Source: an uncultured Sulfolobales archaeon (GTDB taxonomy: Archaea > Thermoproteota > Thermoprotei_A > Sulfolobales > NBVN01). Taken from it: a DNA stretch of 64,000 nucleotides. The notes beneath the pieces were generated by a model, which saw nothing but the letters and a program-made list of their open reading frames with translations, searched no databases and had not been told where the DNA came from. Within the stretch, counting starts at the first letter, position 1. Every line of letters begins with the position of its first letter. The stretch lies in NCBI GenBank assembly GCA_938073905.1, contig CALJEN010000005.1, positions 244,088 through 308,087 of the forward strand, in the 5' to 3' direction. Positions 20,565 to 28,834 of this stretch are shown here, one piece after another. The position numbers and the translations under genes are program-made.

Positions 20565-20627
20565 AGCTAATCCTTCGAGCTTTCCGGATTTAAGCCTACA
20601 CGCACTGTCCGCTACTGCCTGCGGGAG

Positions 20628-21992
20628 ATGAAGGAGCCCTACAGGCTCGACTGGAGGGACGTGGCGGCGCTGATCGAGGCCGTGCTGAGAGCGGAGTCTG
20701 TCAAGCCCTCCCAGCAGGCCAAGAGGGACGCGTTCAGGAAGTTCGGGGTGCTGGGGACTAGGAGGGACCCGCCGCTGACGGCCATCTTCTACGACATCAT
20801 GCTCAGGCTGGGAGTGATAGACAGAGTAGTAGAGGACTTGACGGGCTCCAGGAGCCCCCTGCTCCTCGACCCGAGGCTCAGGGCGGCACTCAGGGTCTTC
20901 GCCTACCTGGAGCTATTCGCCAGGGGCGGGGTGGAGTACACCAGGAAGCTCGAGTGCCTGAAGAGAACGGCCGCCTGGCTCTCCTCCAGGTCTCACCCCT
21001 ACACGGGCATGTGGTTCGTCGACGCGGTCAAGGGGCTATCCGGCTACGAGCTCGCCCCCAGGTCGCCGGACGACGAGCTGATGTTCAGGTACCTGCTCCC
21101 GCCGTGGTACGTCAGGAAGGTCTTCGAGCTCGTGGGTCCCGGCGAGGCCGAGAGGCTGCTCGAGTCCTTCGCCGAGAGGCCCAAGATAAGCGTGAGGGTG
21201 AACGTGCTCAAGGCCACGGTCCGGGAGGTCGCGGAGAAGCTGAGGGCAGAGGGGAAGGAGCCCGAGGTCTCGGCGGTAGTCCCGACGGTCCTGAAGTTCG
21301 ACGGTCCCTACAACTTCGACAAGTCCGAGCTCTTCAGGAGCGGGAAGATAGTTATCCAGGAGGAGCCGGCCGCCCTGGCCTCCCTGATACTAGACCCGAA
21401 GCCGGGCGAGACCGTCGTAGACCTAGCGGCGGCGCCCGGGGGCAAGACAGAGCACATGGGGGAGCTCATGGGGAACCGGGGCACCATCTACGCGTTCGAC
21501 GTCGACGAGACCAGGATGAGGAGGCTCGAGGAGCTGGTGAGGAGAGCGGGGATAACAATCGTGAAGACGTTCGTCCGCGACGGCAGGGAGGCGCCGAGGG
21601 TGCTCGGTGAGGAGGTGGCGGACAGGGTGCTGGTCGACGCACCGTGCTCCTCCGACGGCACTATAGCCAGGAACCCCGACCTGAGGTGGAGGCTGATGGA
21701 GGGAGAGGTGGCGAAGCTGGCCCAGCTCCAGTACGAGCTGCTGAAGGCCGCGCTCAGGCTCGTGAAGCCGGGCGGGCGCATACTCTACACCACCTGCACT
21801 CTGCTCAGGGAGGAGAACGAGGACGTGGTCGGGAGGCTCCTCGAGAAGGAGGGCAGGAGGGTCAGGCTGATCTCCCTCGAGGGCCCCTACTCCCCCGGCC
21901 TCCTGCCAGGCACCATGAGGGCGTGGCCGCACGTCCACAAGACCATAGGCTTCTTCTTCGCACTGCTGGAGAAGGCCCGGAGCGGGAGCTGA
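20628..21992 (+). CDS. RNA cytosine-C5 methyltransferase, NOL1/NOP2/Sun (RsmB) family
   Basis: 454 aa with the SAM motif VVDLAAAPGGKT and catalytic motifs DAPCSSDGT and YTTCTL. Confidence 0.9.
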   Translation: MKEPYRLDWRDVAALIEAVLRAESVKPSQQAKRDAFRKFGVLGTRRDPPLTAIFYDIMLRLGVIDRVVEDLTGSRSPLLLDPRLRAALRVFAYLELFARGGVEYTRKLECLKRTAAWLSSRSHPYTGMWFVDAVKGLSGYELAPRSPDDELMFRYLLPPWYVRKVFELVGPGEAERLLESFAERPKISVRVNVLKATVREVAEKLRAEGKEPEVSAVVPTVLKFDGPYNFDKSELFRSGKIVIQEEPAALASLILDPKPGETVVDLAAAPGGKTEHMGELMGNRGTIYAFDVDETRMRRLEELVRRAGITIVKTFVRDGREAPRVLGEEVADRVLVDAPCSSDGTIARNPDLRWRLMEGEVAKLAQLQYELLKAALRLVKPGGRILYTTCTLLREENEDVVGRLLEKEGRRVRLISLEGPYSPGLLPGTMRAWPHVHKTIGFFFALLEKARSGS

Positions 21993-22321
21993 CCTCTTCG
22001 GAGCAGCGAAGGACTGAGACCTGAGCTGAGGGCTGTAACGGGAGGCAGGAGCCCGCGCCGGGCGCTTCTCCAACCACTAGGGGCACGGCGGACAGAGGGT
22101 CTCATCCTGCTAGGAGAGCATCCCAGCCGACGACCCTCTGCGGGAAGGGGTGGCGGACGGTCGAATGCTCCAAGAGCTGCCAGTCGCCGCTCGCATTCGG
22201 ACTTGCCCGGCCACTCCTTTTCAGGAAACAGGAAAAGCGAGACCGCGCTCCGGGTGAAGCCTAATCCAGAGAGCCGACTAGCTGGACGCTCCCGCCCAGC
22301 GGGAGCTGCCGGTTGCCTAGA

Positions 22322-24394
22322 CTACCGCCCCTCCTCTCCGCTCTCGCGCGGCTCCCCTATCACGACCACGTACCTCGCTACTAGGGGCCTGTTACCCAGA
22401 GCTCGGTAGGCCGGGCTCAGGTACTCCTCGACCTTCGTCACCTTGAACATGGCCACCCTGACTTCACGGTTCCGAAGGTCTTCCCACTCAAAGCGTAAAG
22501 ATGTCCCGGATCTAAAGGTGGTTTCCGCGCACTCTAGGAGGCCCAGGAGCTTGTCGAACGGCGGAGGGGCGTGGCCGGAGAAGAGGCCCAGCAACAGGTC
22601 TCTCGGGATCCCGGAGAGCACGGCCCCCAGAGACTCTACGTACCTCGACCCGTTCGCTTCGAACTCGATGGGCAGCCTATCGAGCGTCTCGCTGCGGAAG
22701 AGGCGCACATCCCCGGCTTCCCTGAGGAGGTAGTGCTCTGTCGGGATGGTCTCCGTTAGCCGGTCGACTAGGTCGTTTATGTTCCAGGCGTGCGGAGGGC
22801 AACCGTGCCAGCAGTTGCCCTCCGTGTCGTATCTGAACCCCCAGCGGTACCCGTCCAGAGCCGGAGCCTGTCCCACCTCCCTGTAGTACGGCGCGACTAT
22901 GGGGACCGGCTCGGCGAGCCAGTACTCGCGGCCTCCGTAGCTGTACGTCCTCACGTTCCAGGTGAAGACTATGGCGTCGTACTCGTACGTCATGTTCGTG
23001 GGGACTATGAGAGCTATGTGGCGAATCCCCAGGTTGTTCCAGTAGTCGCGGTGGAATGTGAGGCGGCTAATTGTCGGACCCACGGAGTATCCCTCCTCGC
23101 TCCACAGCAGCGCGCCCGTAAGTGAGAAGCCGAAGCGCTGCTCGGCCCTCATGTAGGTCAGACGGATACGCATCGGGGGCATGTCGCCCGCGTGCGAGAC
23201 TACGGATATCACGAGCGGCTTGTAGACCGTGAACAGCGCTCCCCTGGTCACCGAGTGCTCCCAGTCCACGTAGCCTCCCGGAACGTGGTCGGGGCGGAGG
23301 CACTCCCTCACCACGTAGCCCATGTCCGTCGGGACTCCGGCTCCGCCGCGGCACGGGTTGGGAGCGGCCGTCAGGTAGGCCCAAGCGTCACCCGCGGTCT
23401 GGAACCTGGACTTGTCCAGGAGGTACGCTGTCGTGAAGGTATTCAAGAACCTCGTCCACATGTCCTGGATCACCATGTCCCTGTCGAGGGAGGAGTGCAC
23501 CCACACCCTCTTGGCGAACCATTCCTGCGACGCCTCGGGAAGGCCCCAGTAGTTCTCCCTGTAGCAGACCCCGGTCTCGTAGTAGTGGTAGCCCGGTGGG
23601 CACGTGGACGGAGTAGGCGCAGCCCGTTCAGGCTCGGGGTCCTCCAGACCCAGCTCCCTCCTGGCGGCCTCGAGGGCCCTGGTCAGGTCGACGGGGACCA
23701 GCCTCCCGGCCAGATCCCCGAGCCTTATCACTATCGGTGGGTGCCCCCTCACCACCGCCAGGGGGTCCTCCAGAACCCTCCGGCGCGCGCTGAAGTAGTC
23801 GTGACCTCTCGATGCGTAGTAGTGGAACGATGTGTAGACGTAGCTAGCGATGTAGTGGGCTCCGTCGCCGACGAGCCAGAGGGTAACGGAGACGCTAGGC
23901 ATGGTCACCACACCAAGGCCTTTTTCCTCTAGCGACTTCTCGACCTCGCCAGCGCTCATCCCCCTCCTCACTCCCAGCCACTCCAACCTCCTCAGCCAGT
24001 CCCTGACGCCTTCGTCGAAGTCTATCCTGACCCCGATTTCCCCGCCGAAGCCCGCCCTGAGGGCCCTCCTCTCCCCCCTCCTCAGGAGCCCGCAGAGGTC
24101 CATCGAGTGGAACTCTCCCCCGAACGACACCACGACGATGCCGGCCAGGTCTCTGCAGAGGAGCTGGCCGTCTATCTCGAAGGGCTCCCCTTCGATCAGC
24201 AGTGTCACGCCGTAGCCCTGGGGGAGAGCACCGAGGAGCGCGAGCGGGAGGGCGAAGACGATCATGGACACTGCGAGGGCGAGCCCCAGCTTCCCGAGGT
24301 TCACCCGGTTCCCCGATAGAAGCCGTTCGCGGACATTTATTCCCCCTCGCGGCAGAGGAGGATATAACTTGGTCGGGCGCTCCTCCGCTCGCAC
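22322..24394 (-). CDS. orphan membrane-anchored protein (690 aa), N-terminal TM then large Trp/Tyr/Cys-rich ectodomain
   Basis: Long ORF with genome-typical codons. TM segment LGLALAVSMIVFALPLALLGAL. Paired Cys segments occur, for example STCPPGYHYYETGVC and GNCWHGCPPH. No family recognised. Confidence 0.7.
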   Translation of the reverse strand: MRAEERPTKLYPPLPRGGINVRERLLSGNRVNLGKLGLALAVSMIVFALPLALLGALPQGYGVTLLIEGEPFEIDGQLLCRDLAGIVVVSFGGEFHSMDLCGLLRRGERRALRAGFGGEIGVRIDFDEGVRDWLRRLEWLGVRRGMSAGEVEKSLEEKGLGVVTMPSVSVTLWLVGDGAHYIASYVYTSFHYYASRGHDYFSARRRVLEDPLAVVRGHPPIVIRLGDLAGRLVPVDLTRALEAARRELGLEDPEPERAAPTPSTCPPGYHYYETGVCYRENYWGLPEASQEWFAKRVWVHSSLDRDMVIQDMWTRFLNTFTTAYLLDKSRFQTAGDAWAYLTAAPNPCRGGAGVPTDMGYVVRECLRPDHVPGGYVDWEHSVTRGALFTVYKPLVISVVSHAGDMPPMRIRLTYMRAEQRFGFSLTGALLWSEEGYSVGPTISRLTFHRDYWNNLGIRHIALIVPTNMTYEYDAIVFTWNVRTYSYGGREYWLAEPVPIVAPYYREVGQAPALDGYRWGFRYDTEGNCWHGCPPHAWNINDLVDRLTETIPTEHYLLREAGDVRLFRSETLDRLPIEFEANGSRYVESLGAVLSGIPRDLLLGLFSGHAPPPFDKLLGLLECAETTFRSGTSLRFEWEDLRNREVRVAMFKVTKVEEYLSPAYRALGNRPLVARYVVVIGEPRESGEEGR

Positions 24395-25334
24395 GGGAGA
24401 CCCGAGTAGCAGGCTAGAGGCTCTTCACGAGAACGGGACAAGGCCTACGGGTCCGACTAGGCGCTCCCAGATAGGCAGTGCCGACCGTTGACCGGGCGCG
24501 CCCGCCTCTTAGTAGAGCGGGGCCGAGCCTGGAACCACTAACGAACCTGCGAAGCCAAGTGCAGAAGCTGGCGTATTGGGCGACGAGATAGCAGGCTGTT
24601 GCGAGAAACAGGCAGGTGTAAGCGCGTACGGCGCGTTCCTGGTCTGAGTCTATGCGATTCCCCGACAAGACGAGCTTCCTTTTGCGTCGGCAACGGATAC
24701 TCTCGGGATTCCGAGTCGTGCGGAGGTCTGAAGCCGCTAAGGCTCTAGCCCTGCGTGCTCTCGTAGCTTTCCGTTCCTCTCTTCCACAGCGTTGGCAGCC
24801 GCGGTGTACGCGCTCGTAATTGCCCGGCGGTCTTCAGGGTTTACAGCGCGACCGAGGAGTACCTAAGCCCGACGTGCGGGGAGCCGGATGCTAGGTTCTT
24901 CATAGTTAGGCGCGCGGTTGTGGCAGGTGGGAGGAACGGGGAGAGGCCCCCGAGACTACCATCGGCTGACCGATGGGGATCGCCGCTCCAGCGGAGCAGC
25001 GGGAATGTCTTGAGCACTCTCCGCATCCGCGGTGCACATCCGCAGTGAGAAGCCTTCCCGATCCCCGGCTTCAGTAGGCGACCTATGCTGTCAACTGGAG
25101 GTCTGGCGATCGGGCGGCGACAGGTATCTCTCAGAGTAGGAATGTCCGGCTATGCGGATTCCCTAGAATGGGGTGAAGCTGTCTGCTCACCGGCATCTCC
25201 TAGAGGGTCCGACGGACGCGCGTCCCCCATGTCCCCTAGCCGAGCCCGCGTTCGGCACCGAGATCGCGGACCGGGCACCGCACTCCGTTCCCGGCTTATA
25301 AGTTTCCTTTCCGAACTCTCTACCGGGCGAGGCC

Positions 25335-26783
25335 TTGCTGAGGGGCCTCAAGAGCACGACCGCTGCCCTAGTCCTGGCCTTCCTGGTTGCCCTCGCGGGC
25401 GCCTCCGCGGTTCTCCTCCTCCAAGACCACCTGGCCACAGCGTTGAGCAGCTGGATCGGCGGGGAGCCCAAGTCCGTGGTCAGGCTCGAGGTGAGGATAC
25501 CGAAGGTCGAGGCGGGCCGCTGCTACGTCGTCGTGGAGAGGTTCCCGAGCCCCTCGAGGCCCACCGGGGACGACCTGCCGGAGGTAGTCCACTTCGGTGA
25601 GCACTCTCCCGGTGAGACGGTCGTCGTCAGGGAGAGCCTCCGCGCGACTGTCAGGACCGGCCTAGACCGCGGGACCGGCGGGCGCGCGGACGAGCTCTAC
25701 GAACCCGCCGAGTACCTTGTCATGGTCATGTGCGCCGGCGCGGGCGGCACCTACTACAAGTACGGGGGGATACACGAGGTCTACCCGAGGTCCGCCGAGT
25801 GGACTCACGAGGTGGAAGTGGAGTTCGTGAAGGAGAGGCCGACCAGGTGGGTGTTCGAGAGGCCCTGGTCCGCGGACTCCGCGGCCCAGTCCACGTGCAG
25901 CCTGGGCGTGCTCTCCGGGGGGATATCGAGCAGCTCGAGGTACGTACGTATAGGCATCTTCGAGGTCTACAGGAGCGACGAGGCGTGGAGCCGCGCAACC
26001 GGTGTGTGCCACATCTACGTCAAGGGTCCGATGCTCTACTCCCTCGAGGGCCTCTCCGTTAGCTTCGGGCTGACCGGCGGCCCCCGGCCTTCGGCAGTCT
26101 ACCTCGAGGCCTACTACGACATAAGTCCGCTAGAGGACTGCCGGAGCTATGAATCGAGCTGCCCCGGCTGGAAGAGCGCCGGGAGGAAGCTGGTGGTTGC
26201 CGAGAGGGACGCCGAGACGTCCCCCCTCACCGGCAACCTGAGGGACAGGGTCTACTTCGGGGTCACCTACGGGTGTCTGCAGCGGTGCTACCTTGGCCAG
26301 TTCCAGCTCTGCTGGTGGACTCTGTACCCCAGAGCGATCGGCGAGGTCAGGACGAGCTGGGAGCTCGTCGCGAGGGGGGTGCTCCCGCCGGCGTGGAGCG
26401 AGCGGGACAGCTACCACCCGCCGCCCGCACCGCCCCACGCTTCGAGGGCTTCGGACTACGGCTTGAGGATATTCTTCGGAGAGCACGGCACGGGAGAGGC
26501 GGGCGGAGTGCTCGCGAGCACCGTAGTGCGCTTCACGGTGGCCAGCTCGATCCCGTCTATGCGGGTCCACCGGGAGCTCACGAGAACTACGGTAACGTAC
26601 GTGACGGTCAGCGGGGGGTTCACGGAGCGGGACCGCGCGGTGAACTTCTACGGAGTCGGCAGACACGACTCCTCGTATACGACGCCGTACGTGAAGGTGG
26701 TGAACCCGGCGGGGAGGGCCTACCAGTTCTGGTTCAGGGACGGCAACCCCATGACCTACGAGATCCTACTCAGGTGGCACTAG
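25335..26783 (+). CDS. orphan membrane-anchored/secreted protein (482 aa)
   Basis: TTG-start ORF with a CTTATAAG box ~45 nt upstream. N-terminal TM or signal segment TTAALVLAFLVALAGASAVLLL. It is Trp/Tyr/Cys-rich. No family recognised. Confidence 0.65.
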   Translation: MLRGLKSTTAALVLAFLVALAGASAVLLLQDHLATALSSWIGGEPKSVVRLEVRIPKVEAGRCYVVVERFPSPSRPTGDDLPEVVHFGEHSPGETVVVRESLRATVRTGLDRGTGGRADELYEPAEYLVMVMCAGAGGTYYKYGGIHEVYPRSAEWTHEVEVEFVKERPTRWVFERPWSADSAAQSTCSLGVLSGGISSSSRYVRIGIFEVYRSDEAWSRATGVCHIYVKGPMLYSLEGLSVSFGLTGGPRPSAVYLEAYYDISPLEDCRSYESSCPGWKSAGRKLVVAERDAETSPLTGNLRDRVYFGVTYGCLQRCYLGQFQLCWWTLYPRAIGEVRTSWELVARGVLPPAWSERDSYHPPPAPPHASRASDYGLRIFFGEHGTGEAGGVLASTVVRFTVASSIPSMRVHRELTRTTVTYVTVSGGFTERDRAVNFYGVGRHDSSYTTPYVKVVNPAGRAYQFWFRDGNPMTYEILLRWH

Positions 26784-26901
26784 AGGTAGGAGTCCGGACG
26801 GGGCTGGCTTTTTCCGTAAGCCGCCGACCTCGTGCGAAGGGCTTCTCCGCCCTCCCTCCGAAGACACTCCCGGGGTGGCGGGCTCCGAAAACGCGCGATC
26901 C

Positions 26902-27108
26902 CTAGCCTGGTGCCGCCCTAGCCTTCCTGGGGACGGACGACGGGGGCACTACCGTCGGTACGGGCAGACCGCCCTCCTTCCTCTTCCTGATCCAGTACTC
27001 CCTCTTGTTCCTCTGCCTTGGGGGGAGGTTCCTCTTGGGTCTCGGAGGTATCTTCGGTGTGGAGCTCCTCACCTTACCGGCCTTCGTCATGGACCCGTGC
27101 GTGGGCAC
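26902..27108 (-). CDS. rps30e: 30S ribosomal protein S30e (eS30)
   Basis: 68 aa, GTG start, with HGSMTKAGKVRSSTPKIPPRPK. Confidence 0.85.
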   Translation of the reverse strand: MPTHGSMTKAGKVRSSTPKIPPRPKRNLPPRQRNKREYWIRKRKEGGLPVPTVVPPSSVPRKARAAPG

Positions 27109-27110
27109 CT

Positions 27111-27347
27111 CTACTCACCGGAGTCTGCTCGCCGCTGAGAGTTATAAGCTGAGCGGTCTCCCGGCGTCGGTCCCCGACCCGAGCCCTCCTCGGTCTCGGC
27201 CGGGACTTCCCCTCTGGCCCTCACTCTGTACTTGACGTACCTGTCCACGGGGGAGAACCTTGGCGGACTGGCCACCACCGTGCCGCTCCCACACCTGGGG
27301 CATACCTCCCTCAGGGTGTATGCCCCGCACCTGGGGCACTTCCTTAT
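27111..27347 (-). CDS. nop10: H/ACA RNP protein Nop10 (start codon unresolved)
   Basis: Hand translation in a different frame from track ORF 27142..27339 gives (SSVRFR)IRKCPRCGAYTLREVCPRCGSGTVVASPPRFSPVDRYVKYRV...*, stopping at TAG 27111-27113. The frame opens after TGA at 27366-27368 and holds no ATG/GTG/TTG before the zinc ribbon. ATA at 27347 or GTT at 27359 are the only candidate starts. Confidence 0.8.
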   Translation of the reverse strand: MRKCPRCGAYTLREVCPRCGSGTVVASPPRFSPVDRYVKYRVRARGEVPAETEEGSGRGPTPGDRSAYNSQRRADSGE

Positions 27348-27354
27348 GCGGAAC

Positions 27355-28149
27355 CTAACCGAGCTTCACCCTCTCGAAGCCGAAGCTTACGTTGAGCTTC
27401 CTGCTCATGCTCTCGGCCTTCCTCACTATCTCCGCCAGCCTGCTCTCCAGCACCTTGTAGTCCGTGCCCGCGAGCTCGATCCTGTACCTCGGTGCCCCCT
27501 CGGTGTAGACCCTCACCCTGACGTCGTCTCCGGCGTCCGCGCTCACGGAGCTCAGCAGCTCCCTGATCCTGTAGACTCCGTCCGGCTCGTAGGTGGTCAG
27601 GGTGAGCGCGCCCGCGATCTTGACCTGCTTGAGCTTCTTCACGTGCTTCGGTATCTCGGCCAAGAGCTCCGGGACCCACTCCTCGGGAACTCCCGCTCTC
27701 CTGAAGACCTCCTCTCCCGAGACCAGGGCGTCCTCGAAGGCCGCTAGGACGTCTCCGTACGCGTCCTCCAGCCTCCGCCAAACGTCAGAGTACGCCTCCT
27801 CGAGGCTCCTGCCCAGCCTCTTGGCAACGAGCTCCAGGACTTTCTCCGCCTTCTTCGCCCGCTTCCACTCCTTCAGCTTCCTCTTGCGCTCCGTCTCGGC
27901 GACCCTCTTCAGCGACACGTCGACCTGCCCCTTCCGCCTGTCCACCCTCACGACCTTCACGACGACCTTCTCCCCCTCCTTGATGACCTCCCTTATGTTC
28001 TTGACCCACTTGCTGCTCACCTCGTTCCACGGGAGGTACGCCTCGATCCCGTACTCGTCCAGCTTGACGTAGGCTCCCAGGTCGAATATCCTGTCCACCG
28101 TCGCCACGCAGAGCTCGTTTATCGACGGGAGGCCCTCCCTCCTGACCAA
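27355..28149 (-). CDS. eif2a: translation initiation factor aIF-2 alpha subunit
   Basis: 264 aa with an N-terminal S1 domain (GAYVKLDEYGIEAYLPWNEVSSKWVKNIREV). It sits in the conserved cluster with S27e, L44e and Nop10. Confidence 0.9.
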   Translation of the reverse strand: MVRREGLPSINELCVATVDRIFDLGAYVKLDEYGIEAYLPWNEVSSKWVKNIREVIKEGEKVVVKVVRVDRRKGQVDVSLKRVAETERKRKLKEWKRAKKAEKVLELVAKRLGRSLEEAYSDVWRRLEDAYGDVLAAFEDALVSGEEVFRRAGVPEEWVPELLAEIPKHVKKLKQVKIAGALTLTTYEPDGVYRIRELLSSVSADAGDDVRVRVYTEGAPRYRIELAGTDYKVLESRLAEIVRKAESMSRKLNVSFGFERVKLG

Positions 28150-28155
28150 GGCTCC

Positions 28156-28350
28156 CTACCCCAGGACCCTGACGAGCTCGCCGAGGATCTTGGCCTTGCC
28201 CCCGGTGGGGACGGCCAGCAGGGAGCCGCAGATGAAGCACTTGACCGGGAAGGTGGCGCGGTCGAAGACTATCTGCTCGTTGCCGCACGAGGGGCACTTG
28301 ACCCTCAGGAAGGAGCTTCTCGGCATCGGGATGAGTATCTTCCTCCTCAC
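28156..28350 (-). CDS. rps27e: 30S ribosomal protein S27e (eS27)
   Basis: [43 protein letters not shown] at 28350 forms a GTGA overlap with the L44e stop. The track's longer 86-aa form overlaps L44e. Confidence 0.88.
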   Translation of the reverse strand: MRRKILIPMPRSSFLRVKCPSCGNEQIVFDRATFPVKCFICGSLLAVPTGGKAKILGELVRVLG

Positions 28351-28634
28351 TTGACCACCTCGACCAAGTCGACCTTCTTGAGCCTCACGCCCTCCCTGTG
28401 CAGCATGTAGCCGCACTTACCGCACTTCAGCCTCAGCACGACCTTCTTGGTCACCTTGGCGAACCTCTTCTGCTCCGGCTTGCGCTTGCTCCCGTAGCCC
28501 TCCTGCTTGCGCCTGTACCTGCGCTCGCCCTCCGCTAGGGTCCTCCTCCTGCCGTGCTTGTATATGGATACGCTATGCTCCGTGTGGACTCCGCACCTGG
28601 GGCAGTACGTCTTGACTACCTTGGGCACCCTCAA
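28347..28634 (-). CDS. rpl44e: 50S ribosomal protein L44e (eL42)
   Basis: 95 aa with [13 protein letters not shown]...KCGKCG. A CTTTAAAAAC box lies upstream on the minus strand. Confidence 0.92.
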   Translation of the reverse strand: MRVPKVVKTYCPRCGVHTEHSVSIYKHGRRRTLAEGERRYRRKQEGYGSKRKPEQKRFAKVTKKVVLRLKCGKCGYMLHREGVRLKKVDLVEVVK

Positions 28635-28834
28635 CGCCGCTCCTCCAACTAGTGGATAAGGCGGTTTTTAAAGCTGATGACTGGTCGCGGTCAGCCGGTA
28701 GAGGCTCGGCCGGTACTGGGCACCTCGGCGCAGACCCCCACTGTACGAAGACCCGCGCTCGCCTCTCTTGAGACGTTCCGCGAAGTCCGCACTCTTTTAA
28801 GTCGACCGGAGTCGAGTACCCGGGAGAGAGGCTC

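Noticed and set aside
20583-20596. TCCGGATTTAAGCC resembles the reverse complement of a tRNA T-arm (CCGGGATTTGAACCC). It could be an att-site remnant marking the far border of the low-GC island.
   Set aside because: The match needs two gaps and a mismatch over 14 nt and does not extend into the acceptor stem. It is also plausibly just the TATA-like element (TTTAAG) of the divergent promoters. Too weak to call.
24782-24789. TTCCACAG resembles part of a crenarchaeal origin recognition box, raising the idea that the 940-bp spacer is a replication origin.
   Set aside because: It is a single partial hit, with no inverted ORB pair, no AT-rich unwinding element, and no orc1/cdc6 or whiP gene nearby.
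25136-25295. RNase P RNA-like strings: AGGAATGTCCGG (one mismatch to the CR-I core GGAAAGUCCGG) and CCCGGCTTAT (as in CR-V ..CCCGGCUUAU).
   Set aside because: The two elements are only ~145 nt apart. I could not find P1/P2/P3 pairings or J11/12-type motifs. CCGGCTTATAAG is better explained as the BRE/TATA box ~45 nt upstream of the 482-aa gene start. Needs an Infernal scan to exclude formally.
27142-27339. 65-aa ORF listed in the track.
   Set aside because: Wrong frame. The adjacent frame encodes Nop10.
28674-28680. CTGATGA, a C-box-like motif in the L44e/PiT intergenic region (possible C/D box sRNA).
   Set aside because: No CTGA D box at the expected 50-70 nt distance and no C'/D' pair. 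It overlaps the likely promoter region.
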